From NCBI GenBank assembly GCA_023384415.1, contig JAHDWJ010000014.1, positions 43,943 through 107,942 of the forward strand: a stretch of DNA of 64,000 bases. Reading direction: 5' to 3'. This document shows, one piece after another, positions 37,569 to 45,810 of the stretch. The notes below the pieces were generated by a model. The model was not told the DNA's origin. It saw nothing but the letters and a program-made list of their open reading frames with translations, and did no database searches. Position numbers and translations under genes: made by a program. Every line of letters begins with the position of its first letter. Position 1 is the first letter of the stretch. Source of the stretch: Anaerolineae bacterium (lineage in GTDB: Bacteria; Chloroflexota; Anaerolineae; Promineifilales; Promineifilaceae).

Positions 37569-39542
37569 TTATTTGATGAGATAGGGCAGCCCCGGCAGGC
37601 GGATTTGCCAGCCGTAGGTGTCATGATTCCCGGCCCAATAGTGGGCGATGAGCCGACCGCCATAAAACGGGGTACACCATTGGGGGGTCGTAGCCTGATT
37701 GACGCAGCGTGCTGGGTCCAAAGTGGGCACTTGAATACGGTATGCTGGCTCAATCCACCGATTTTCACACCCTTGGGGGTTGGTTGAACTTCCCGAAGTG
37801 TATGGAACACAGTTCCGCACTTCTCCAGGAGCCAGGTCAGGGTCTGCGGTGCGGGTATGGTTGACGGCAAAAGCCAGGTGCCAGTCAGTCAGACTGGTAT
37901 TGGTTGGATTTTGTGGGGTTGGGGGCACCGGGTCTCGCAGGGTGAATGCCAGGGTATCAAAGTAAAAAACAACCGGTGAGCGCGAACCAGCATCAGGATC
38001 AAACATGCTGATCAAAATTTGCGACCCGCCATATTCCGCGCCAACGTAGATCAGAGGGATATCTACGGCAAAGTTGGCGTTGGAGTTCATGGGCAAATTG
38101 CCCATACCAAACACCGTTACCCCTTTGGAGCTGTGAGAAGTGTTGCCACAGCGAACGACGTGAAGATTGCGGGCATTGGCCTTGCTGGGAACGCCAGCAG
38201 GAGGAAATTGGCCTGGGGCACCACAAGGAGCCAGAGGGTCATGTGAGCCGCTGGCATAATAAGGAGGCCCGGCCCAAATTTCAAACCCATTTTCGGAAGC
38301 CCCAGCAATGGCGGTGACATCCAGGTAGAGGAAGCGGGTATTGTTCTGATCTCGCATGATGCCGGTGTGAGACCCTAGATCAATCTCAAATGTGCCTGAG
38401 CCAGAGGTAACAGGTACCGTGGCGGGGCAGCCTGGTACATTGCGGTGATCATAGGCATCTTGTGCCCCGGGGGAAACCCAGCGCATGTCGGTGCAGTGGG
38501 CATTGTCAGCTCGACCTACATATTTAGCGAGGGTTACCGGTTCAATGATGCCAGTGATCCCGTTGATCTGGTAATAATATAAATCAAATGAGGTTTGGGT
38601 TGGGTGCCCACTGGCATAGTTGTTACTGGTGGGGTTGCCACAACTGCTGCCAAAATTTTGCCGTATTTCATCAATGCGAATGAACCAAAATGGGTTGGCG
38701 TCTTGACTTTCCCCGGTCTGAAAAATACAGGGTTGGAATCGGTAGCGGTCATCTCCCGGGCAGGCGGCCGCGCCGGTGGTACCGTCGGAGCGGGTGAAGG
38801 GGTGGGTAGCGCCATTTTCATCATTGGTATTGCCCAGGGACCAATTATAAGTATCAGGGTCAAACAGCTCTACCCGGATAATGCTGGTACCGGCAGTGGC
38901 TTCATAATTTGGCGGGATCATGATCCGGTAGCGGTAGGTGAAGAAGCTGTTGCTGTAATCCGGGTTGACATAATGGTTCGGCGGGCGGAAGGTACTGGTG
39001 GTGGGGGAGAATGGGTCCCCTAGACCGGTACGGCAGTTAGGCCCAAAGATTGCCTGATTAGATGTGCCCAGAGTACCCAGTTCAACGCGGCGGCTGGCAT
39101 AAATATCTACTAGAGGGAAATAAGCCGCTGTAGCTGATCGTTGAATGTTAAATTCGTTAAAGGTGAGCAGGCGCATGAAATAAAGCTCAACTGGCCAGGT
39201 TGCGGTTACGGTGAATTGGGTAGCCCCAATGGCATTGGCGCCAGGCATATATTGGGTGCCAGACATGACGACGCTGGCGGGAATGTTGTTGCTGTAGAGA
39301 AACTGTTCGGCTTTGGTAATGGCCCCGCTGAGGCCGAGTTGGGTTTCTATTTCGGTGACGCCAGCTAATGCGGCCGCGTCTACTGCGGCTGTCAACTGGG
39401 CACTCCGTACCCATACCATGCCTAAATCTATGGCCAGTCCGACAAAAGCCAGCAAGGCAACCATGACCACCGCAATGAGGACAATGCTTTGCCCAGCTTC
39501 CTTATGATTATTTGTTGGAGATGTCCTGTGTTGTCTCATCAT
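37569..39542 (-). CDS. TadG-like (Flp pilus assembly, PF13400-type N-terminus) large secreted protein
   Basis: GQSIVLIAVVMVALLAFVGLAIDLGMVWVRSAQLTAAVDAAALAG matches the TadG N-terminal pattern as I recall it. The remaining ~600 aa have no motif I recognise. Confidence 0.65.
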   Translation of the reverse strand: MMRQHRTSPTNNHKEAGQSIVLIAVVMVALLAFVGLAIDLGMVWVRSAQLTAAVDAAALAGVTEIETQLGLSGAITKAEQFLYSNNIPASVVMSGTQYMPGANAIGATQFTVTATWPVELYFMRLLTFNEFNIQRSATAAYFPLVDIYASRRVELGTLGTSNQAIFGPNCRTGLGDPFSPTTSTFRPPNHYVNPDYSNSFFTYRYRIMIPPNYEATAGTSIIRVELFDPDTYNWSLGNTNDENGATHPFTRSDGTTGAAACPGDDRYRFQPCIFQTGESQDANPFWFIRIDEIRQNFGSSCGNPTSNNYASGHPTQTSFDLYYYQINGITGIIEPVTLAKYVGRADNAHCTDMRWVSPGAQDAYDHRNVPGCPATVPVTSGSGTFEIDLGSHTGIMRDQNNTRFLYLDVTAIAGASENGFEIWAGPPYYASGSHDPLAPCGAPGQFPPAGVPSKANARNLHVVRCGNTSHSSKGVTVFGMGNLPMNSNANFAVDIPLIYVGAEYGGSQILISMFDPDAGSRSPVVFYFDTLAFTLRDPVPPTPQNPTNTSLTDWHLAFAVNHTRTADPDLAPGEVRNCVPYTSGSSTNPQGCENRWIEPAYRIQVPTLDPARCVNQATTPQWCTPFYGGRLIAHYWAGNHDTYGWQIRLPGLPYLIK

Positions 39543-39588
39543 GTTCTGTCCTACGTGATAAAGATTGAGGCAATCTTATCGTTTGTGC

Positions 39589-39628
39589 TGCGTGACGAGT
39601 GCTATATTCACGCAGCACTCGTCACGCA
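39589..39628. other. 15-bp perfect stem hairpin in the TadG-like gene leader
   Basis: TGCGTGACGAGTGCT (39589-39603), 10-nt loop, AGCACTCGTCACGCA (39614-39628). No T-tract on either strand. Confidence 0.6.
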
Positions 39629-39771
39629 ATCTATTATGGCTCCTTAGGAATTCAAAGGATTGATGCCAGATGTAAGGGACTGGCCTTCTACCTGCCCAGT
39701 CGAGGGCAACCACAAGGATATGCCCCTACATTTAGCCTTGTCCCACGAAACCCCAAAGACCCTGTATTAAT

Positions 39772-41106
39772 TTAGGGTGTAGACGTTGTTTGCCCACAAC
39801 TGGTGTCATAGCTCACAAATTGCACCAACAGCCAGCGGTTGGTTTCTCCAGACACAAATTGGTAGCCTAACAGCCGCACATTGGCAAATTGGGCTACGCG
39901 TACAAAAGGTTGATCAGAATTGCCAGGACCACCCCCTTGTAGTACGCCATGTTCCCGCCACATAATGACCCGCAAGGTGCGCCTCCGGTCAATATGTCCG
40001 GCGGCTTCGTCAGAAACGGCTGAACCATTGGCGTTACTATAAGCTACCCGGTCGCCAATGCTTAATTCGGTATCGGGCCAATTACCTACTTCATGGAAGC
40101 CCAGGTCAACAGGGGTACGCACCGTGCTGTTGCCGGGCCAGGTCATGCTGGCTCGCAAACGGGTGTGCCCCTGATTGCAGCCAGTACAGGTGGAATCCGT
40201 ATTCCATTGCAGCCAGGCATAATTAACGGCCGGTGAAACGTTTAGCCCTTCACCCAGGAACAAGAAAACATCCCCCTCGGTAGCCCCAGCCTGGAGCGGA
40301 TTGTTGGCGACATGCCCTTGCTGGACAAGCTGGGCATAAGTGGGCAAAACGGCAGGGTACCGTTGATTGACCGGGTGCCAGCCGGTGGCGATGGCGTAGG
40401 TTGCCGGGTCAACGGATCGGATCACATCATCTCGTAAGGCCAGGGGGAAGGCATCACACCCCGCCGTTTGGTTGTTGGAGACGACGGAAGTTACGCGAAA
40501 TACATGCAAGGCCCGCACGGTGAATACTCTTTCCAGGAACACATCTAACCCCAGAATAGATTCAATGTCATGGGCTGAATACATGGCGACAAATTCCAGG
40601 TTGTTAATATCTGGAGCCGGGTTGCTGGGGTTTTGGCAGGTGCCGGTGCCCCCCTGGACTAATTTGTTCATAACATCCTGGCGGAATTGTGGTGAAAAAA
40701 CATAGCTGTTGGTTTCGGTAAAAGCGACGGTTTGGGAAATGCCGTAGCTGTGTTCAACGGTGAAATTTTGGTCGTTGGGACCAAAATCTAGGGTAGGGCT
40801 GCCATTGGTCCCATTGAGGCAGCGTGCCCGGACGCGGCCGCGGACAGACCATAAATCCCATTGGTCAATCTCTAACTTGAGCGTTTGCGTCACCGTATTA
40901 AGAGCTACCGAGACCATACCGGCATTTTCTCCCCCATTGGCTCCAAAGCGGGCAGCCTCGCGGGTAGCCGTATTGACCTTATTCTGCGTTACCAGATACA
41001 GGCTTAATTCCACCAGCCCGGCAATGATGATCAGGGCTACCGGCAGAAAGATAGCGACTTCAACTAAACTTTGACCTTTTTGCTGCCACCTTGTTTTTGT
41101 TTGCAT
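39772..41106 (-). CDS. TadE-like pseudopilin-leader protein (444 aa)
   Basis: KGQSLVEVAIFLPVALIIIAGLVELSLYLVTQNKVNTATREAARFGANGG is a TadE-family N-terminus. Confidence 0.65.
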   Translation of the reverse strand: MQTKTRWQQKGQSLVEVAIFLPVALIIIAGLVELSLYLVTQNKVNTATREAARFGANGGENAGMVSVALNTVTQTLKLEIDQWDLWSVRGRVRARCLNGTNGSPTLDFGPNDQNFTVEHSYGISQTVAFTETNSYVFSPQFRQDVMNKLVQGGTGTCQNPSNPAPDINNLEFVAMYSAHDIESILGLDVFLERVFTVRALHVFRVTSVVSNNQTAGCDAFPLALRDDVIRSVDPATYAIATGWHPVNQRYPAVLPTYAQLVQQGHVANNPLQAGATEGDVFLFLGEGLNVSPAVNYAWLQWNTDSTCTGCNQGHTRLRASMTWPGNSTVRTPVDLGFHEVGNWPDTELSIGDRVAYSNANGSAVSDEAAGHIDRRRTLRVIMWREHGVLQGGGPGNSDQPFVRVAQFANVRLLGYQFVSGETNRWLLVQFVSYDTSCGQTTSTP

Positions 41107-41227
41107 GATTACGCTCCTACGAAAATCAGAACCGATGACGGATAATCCAGGACGGATGAATCACTTTCCACTGCCTGTTGTCTGTCATTTTCATCCCTCA
41201 AATTTGTCACTCTGCCTCAACTTTCCT

Positions 41228-41875
41228 TTAAGATGAAGTCAAAGGCATGATCTCACCACTGTTGGCATCCAGTCGAATGGTCAGTGATTGGCCTGTCTGG
41301 CTGCTAAACAGCGAAATAGTCCACTCCATGCGGCCGCTTTCGGTTACCGCACTTAAATTCATATTCAAGATCGAAACCCCTTGCGTCCGTAAAAATTGAT
41401 CCCCGCCCGCCTGCTCCAACAAAATTTGCACTGCTTCCGGGCTGTCAATCCGCCAGCCCGTGCTAGAAGCAGGCGTAAGTGGGTTAGGTGCCGGATTTTG
41501 GCTAATCAGTTGGGCAACATTTTCTAATACTTCGATGTTAGCGACACTGCTTTGTCCTGGGGAGTAAAAGATAAAGCTCCAAACAGTAGTCCCAGTTAAA
41601 ATATCGCTGCGAGTGACCCCTTGCGGCCAGGTTGCTTTGGCTTCTATTAATTGGGCATCACTTTGCCATTCACGGGCCACATTGGTGGCGGAAGTAAAGG
41701 CTAAAACGGCGGTGCCCCCCTGGAAAGCCAGGGTGGGGGCTACCGGCACCGTAACCGCCAGGGTAGGCGGGAGCTCCACGGTTGGTTTAGGCAGCCAGAG
41801 GATCGCGGCCGCGATCAGCACAATCGCCAGCAGCAATACCAAAATCGTTCCTAAAATCCATTCGGCTCGGCTCAT
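41228..41875 (-). CDS. N-terminally anchored hypothetical protein
   Basis: A single TM segment (ILGTILVLLLAIVLIAAAILWL). ATGA overlap with the upstream gene stop. Confidence 0.55.
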   Translation of the reverse strand: MSRAEWILGTILVLLLAIVLIAAAILWLPKPTVELPPTLAVTVPVAPTLAFQGGTAVLAFTSATNVAREWQSDAQLIEAKATWPQGVTRSDILTGTTVWSFIFYSPGQSSVANIEVLENVAQLISQNPAPNPLTPASSTGWRIDSPEAVQILLEQAGGDQFLRTQGVSILNMNLSAVTESGRMEWTISLFSSQTGQSLTIRLDANSGEIMPLTSS

Positions 41876-43260
41876 GATCGTCTTATAAACGGCAGGAATA
41901 CCCCTGGTTGGGGCAGTTCCCGCCGGCGATAATAAATCTGGATATCCCCATTAGCAGGATTTCGCAGCTCAAAAACCAATTGAAACCACTGCCCATCTGT
42001 GGTCAGGCGTGGATAAAGGGTACGGGTGTTAAAATCAGTTGCCCGGTCTAAATTCGATCCCCAACCACCGCAACTGTTGCTGCCCCATACCACTTCTAAA
42101 GAATGGTTAGGATCACCATCCAGCCCATGATAATAAACCGCCACACAAGTGCCATAACTAATCATGGACGGGATGATAAAAAATGGGTCTTGTGTATTAA
42201 CCCCTACCGGCGCACTGCCACTGATGGGATTACTGGGGTGAGATACCCAACTGGCGGCATTGGTGCAATTACTGCTGCAAGAGGTCACATACACCTCTTG
42301 CCAGACAGGTTCACCCGGCTGTGCCCCCCCATAGCGATAGCTGTAAGCCACAAACAAGGTATTCCCCTGAGCCACAATGTCAGGGCGGGCGGCTTCATCT
42401 ATAGATGGATCCGCAATGTTAATCGGATTGGCCGCGTTGTACTCCCAACTGGAAGTTGTATTCGTGCCTGTCACCGTGCCCCTGGCATAACGAATCCGGC
42501 TGAACTCATTATTGGGGGGTTCAATAATCGCTTCTTCCCAAACAACATGGAGTTTGCCGTCTGTGGTTATAGCCAGAGATGGGTTAAACGAATTGGGACC
42601 AGTAATGGCGACCGGGTTGGGATTGGTGCTCCAACTGCCGCCGCCGTTGGCGGATCGTTTGTGCAAGATATTAAGTTGGAATTGGGTGTCAGGAAAAACC
42701 TGGCTCCATACCACATCTAGCCGGTTGTTACTGCTGGCGACAATGCGCGGGGACACCATCGCGGCCGAAACAGCAGATGTTGCCTGGCTTAACGTCTGCG
42801 GGGCACTCCAACTACCAGATACATTATTGGCATAATACAGCCTGGTCAACTGCCCCAGGCCGGCATTTTCTAACCAGACAATGTGCACCCGATTGTTGGC
42901 ATCCACCGCCACATCAACCGCCGTACCATTGACCGTACTTCCCGGTACCACTCGGGTTGGTCCGTTCCAACTCACCCCGTCATTGGTTGAAATCCGCACA
43001 TACGGGGTGTAGAAAGAGCCAGTATGCTGCAAATAAACCACAGCCAGGGTTGAACCGTCGGCTGAATAAGCAATTGCAGGAGCAATGGCGCGGCCAGTAG
43101 TTGTGGAAAGATGGACCCCTGGGGGTGTTCCTTCCCAATCCCCTAGAGCTTCTGGGGCTGAGGCGGCTGGAGCAACCTGGATCAGGCTGACCATGCCCAG
43201 CAGTACCAGCAGCAGCACCGGGAGCAATATTGTTTGGCGGGAGATAGTTCGCTTTACCAT
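41872..43260 (-). CDS. Secreted BNR/sialidase-like beta-propeller protein
   Basis: Signal/anchor MVKRTISRQTILLPVLLLVLLGM. BNR-like motifs STNDGVSWNGP and SANGGGSWST. ATG 43260 chosen. Confidence 0.65.
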   Translation of the reverse strand: MVKRTISRQTILLPVLLLVLLGMVSLIQVAPAASAPEALGDWEGTPPGVHLSTTTGRAIAPAIAYSADGSTLAVVYLQHTGSFYTPYVRISTNDGVSWNGPTRVVPGSTVNGTAVDVAVDANNRVHIVWLENAGLGQLTRLYYANNVSGSWSAPQTLSQATSAVSAAMVSPRIVASSNNRLDVVWSQVFPDTQFQLNILHKRSANGGGSWSTNPNPVAITGPNSFNPSLAITTDGKLHVVWEEAIIEPPNNEFSRIRYARGTVTGTNTTSSWEYNAANPINIADPSIDEAARPDIVAQGNTLFVAYSYRYGGAQPGEPVWQEVYVTSCSSNCTNAASWVSHPSNPISGSAPVGVNTQDPFFIIPSMISYGTCVAVYYHGLDGDPNHSLEVVWGSNSCGGWGSNLDRATDFNTRTLYPRLTTDGQWFQLVFELRNPANGDIQIYYRRRELPQPGVFLPFIRRS

Positions 43261-43298
43261 TTTACCAATCCTAAAAATCCGTGTTCCCCAAGCTGTCT

Positions 43299-45440
43299 TT
43301 ATCGGAACGTATGCCCAGATGTTGGGGCCGGGCAACCACTCACACTTTCCATCATAAACATGTCTATATAGAAGTTGGGCGCGGTAATGCCGGGGCGAAC
43401 GGCGGCATAATAGACATTCCCATTGGCTGTATTCAGGGTAAAACAGGCATAAACAGTGTAAGTAACCCCTAACTCAGCATAATTAAAGAAGTAACTCCCG
43501 GTGACACTGCTGTCCGTTTGGGCCACCAGCGTTGGGGTGGGGACACCAGACGTTTGCACCAGGTAAACGGTAGCCCGGAATTGGGGCACCCAGTCGCTCC
43601 CGGTGAAGATACGCACAATCCCGGCGATGGTATTACTCCCTGATGGGGTGGGAGTGGGAGTAGGTGTTTCAAACGGGGGTGTCACGGGAACGACGAGATT
43701 ACCGGTAATGTTGTTAAACTCGTTGGCTTCAGTAACCTGCCGTATGGAATCAACCATACCCACCACGGTGTGAGTGGTGGCTATGCCAGGGAACCCACCC
43801 CCTATGGTCATGGTAATCGTTCGGCTGTCACCACCGGGAAGACCCCCAACGGCCACATAAGCAACACTATAGGTGATGGGCACTGTGTCCGACGTTACGC
43901 CCAAAGGATTGAAGTAGGTGTCCACATAAAACTGGCTGGAGATGTTAATGTTGCCGGTGTTGGTAATGACATAGCTAAAGGTCACCGGTTGGCCGCCATT
44001 AATTGGCGGGGTACTGATCAGGGTCGGGTAGCTCACAATGACCAGATCTGCCGGGTTGGGTGATGGTGTCGGTGTAGGTGAAATAATCGTTGGTTGGGCA
44101 CAAGGGACATCGAACCGTCTTTCGGCATACGCTCCATTGATAGCCTGAGCCGCAAAAGTATAGGGTGAATTGGCTTGAGTAAAGGCAGCCACGCTGACCA
44201 TAACTTCGGCAAAGCTGCCCCCATGTCCCTGGGCTATGGTGGTTATATTGATACTGTTACCAAACCGATCATAAACAGAGATGTTGATAGGGGATTGCGG
44301 CGGAGGGGTGATGGGCCAATTGCCCCCAAACAGCTCAATGACAGCATTGGGTGAGCCAGGGTTCCAACAGGTTGACGAAGCGTTGATATAGGGACCAATA
44401 GGTGTGGCGCTGGGGGTTGGGGTCAGGCTAGGGGTGGGGGTAGCCGTTGGTATAGCTGTATTGGTTGGCAAGGGGGTTGGGGTGGGGGTGCCAGGCAAAA
44501 CAAAGGTGTAACTATTGGTATTGTCTACCAGGTTTGTTACTAGCAGCAGCATGCCTGCTACTAAGTTGACGCCAGGCTCCAGGACAAATTCCCCATGCCC
44601 AGGGCAGGCCCAACCCGGCCCTTCATCTTCCAGGAAGGCTAAATCAAGTTCGACGTTGTTGACCCCATCTATCCAGTCTAAGCGAACGGTGATAGGCGGA
44701 GCCGCGCCTAAACCACCAGTCACGCCAATGAACCGATCCCCTGCTACTACTGGTCCCGTGAACTGAGTTCTACAAGTTGGGGTAGCTGTTATGGACGGGA
44801 TGGGGGTATTGGTTTCGGTGGGCCCGGGTGATGGGGTAGCTGTTTCTGTAGGTGTTGGGGTGAAGCTGGGAGTTGGTCCGGGTGTGGGCACGGCTGGCAC
44901 GGGCGGGGGAAGACCCTGCCCCTGGTTAGCACTTCCTTGCTGCCCAAACTGTTCGTTGTTGACGACGACTTGCCCCATAACGGGAATGTTTTCTACGATG
45001 CCAGATAGGATAGGGGTGACGATGGGCACGTTGTAGACGACGCGAACCACCAGGGGAAGTCCAGGCATGCCGGCATAATCTTCCTGGAAAAACCCCAGAG
45101 CATTGACGCCATAAACTTGAACGATATAGAAGTAATCATCTTCATAAGCAGCGTCGGCATTGAGAGGCAGCCCGGTTAGATTTTCTTCAGCCAGGGATTT
45201 GATGGAAAAGACACGAGGATCGGCACATGGGGGGGTGTTGTTAAGACAGGCCAGATTGGCTTCACCGGTGATGCCGTAACGAGCTGCGGCACGGGCGGCG
45301 TTTTGCACTGTAACCCAGGCCCATAAAATCCGGCTGGCTTCGATAATGAAGAAAATGATGAGCAGTAAGACGATGATGATGAGGGCAAACTCAACGATGG
45401 CCTGACCCTTGTTGTCCATTTTATGCTTGGTTCGGAACAT
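43299..45440 (-). CDS. TadE-like pseudopilin-leader protein with T/P-rich linkers and Ig-like (CARDB-like) C-terminal modules
   Basis: KGQAIVEFALIIIVLLLIIFFIIEASRILWAWVTVQNAARAAARYG fits the G-x4-EF TadE motif. The start could be 45440 or 45419. Confidence 0.65.
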   Translation of the reverse strand: MFRTKHKMDNKGQAIVEFALIIIVLLLIIFFIIEASRILWAWVTVQNAARAAARYGITGEANLACLNNTPPCADPRVFSIKSLAEENLTGLPLNADAAYEDDYFYIVQVYGVNALGFFQEDYAGMPGLPLVVRVVYNVPIVTPILSGIVENIPVMGQVVVNNEQFGQQGSANQGQGLPPPVPAVPTPGPTPSFTPTPTETATPSPGPTETNTPIPSITATPTCRTQFTGPVVAGDRFIGVTGGLGAAPPITVRLDWIDGVNNVELDLAFLEDEGPGWACPGHGEFVLEPGVNLVAGMLLLVTNLVDNTNSYTFVLPGTPTPTPLPTNTAIPTATPTPSLTPTPSATPIGPYINASSTCWNPGSPNAVIELFGGNWPITPPPQSPINISVYDRFGNSINITTIAQGHGGSFAEVMVSVAAFTQANSPYTFAAQAINGAYAERRFDVPCAQPTIISPTPTPSPNPADLVIVSYPTLISTPPINGGQPVTFSYVITNTGNINISSQFYVDTYFNPLGVTSDTVPITYSVAYVAVGGLPGGDSRTITMTIGGGFPGIATTHTVVGMVDSIRQVTEANEFNNITGNLVVPVTPPFETPTPTPTPSGSNTIAGIVRIFTGSDWVPQFRATVYLVQTSGVPTPTLVAQTDSSVTGSYFFNYAELGVTYTVYACFTLNTANGNVYYAAVRPGITAPNFYIDMFMMESVSGCPAPTSGHTFR

Positions 45441-45724
45441 GGTTGCTTCCCTGTTGGGAACAATTGGTATATTACCCAACTGCTCAATGAAAATGATAAA
45501 AAATTAATGGTTGTATGCCTCTGGTATTTTGGTCATGGTAACTGGTGTACCTGGTGGGCATTTGTTGGTTGTTTAAGTTAAGATTGTCGCGGCCGCAGCC
45601 CATTCGCCTGATCATACCTTTTTTTGGACAATCTGCGCTGTTGAGGGCATGCTGCTACTATCTCTACCCTTACCTTAGCAGATAGGTGCTAACTAACCGT
45701 TAATTGATCATTAATCACCAAACG

Positions 45725-45795
45725 GGTTAGGTAGGTAGATGGTACTAGTTAGGATGGGAGATTGAGAGATGGGGGATTGCTAACTGCTAACTGCC
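45725..45795. repeat. Heptamer repeat block (D + E' units) in the E1 gene leader
   Basis: GGTTAGG TAGGTAG ATGGTAC TAGTTAG GATGGGA GATTGAG AGATGGG GGATTGC TAACTGC TAACTGC, followed by AGGAGG and TTG 45811. Confidence 0.75.
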
Positions 45796-45810
45796 GACAG
45801 GAGGTTTTTC

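Noticed and set aside
34119-45440. Calling this a functional Tad pilus locus.
   Set aside because: No ATPase (TadA/CpaF), platform (TadB/C), prepilin peptidase or secretin gene lies in the window. Only leader-bearing substrates are present.
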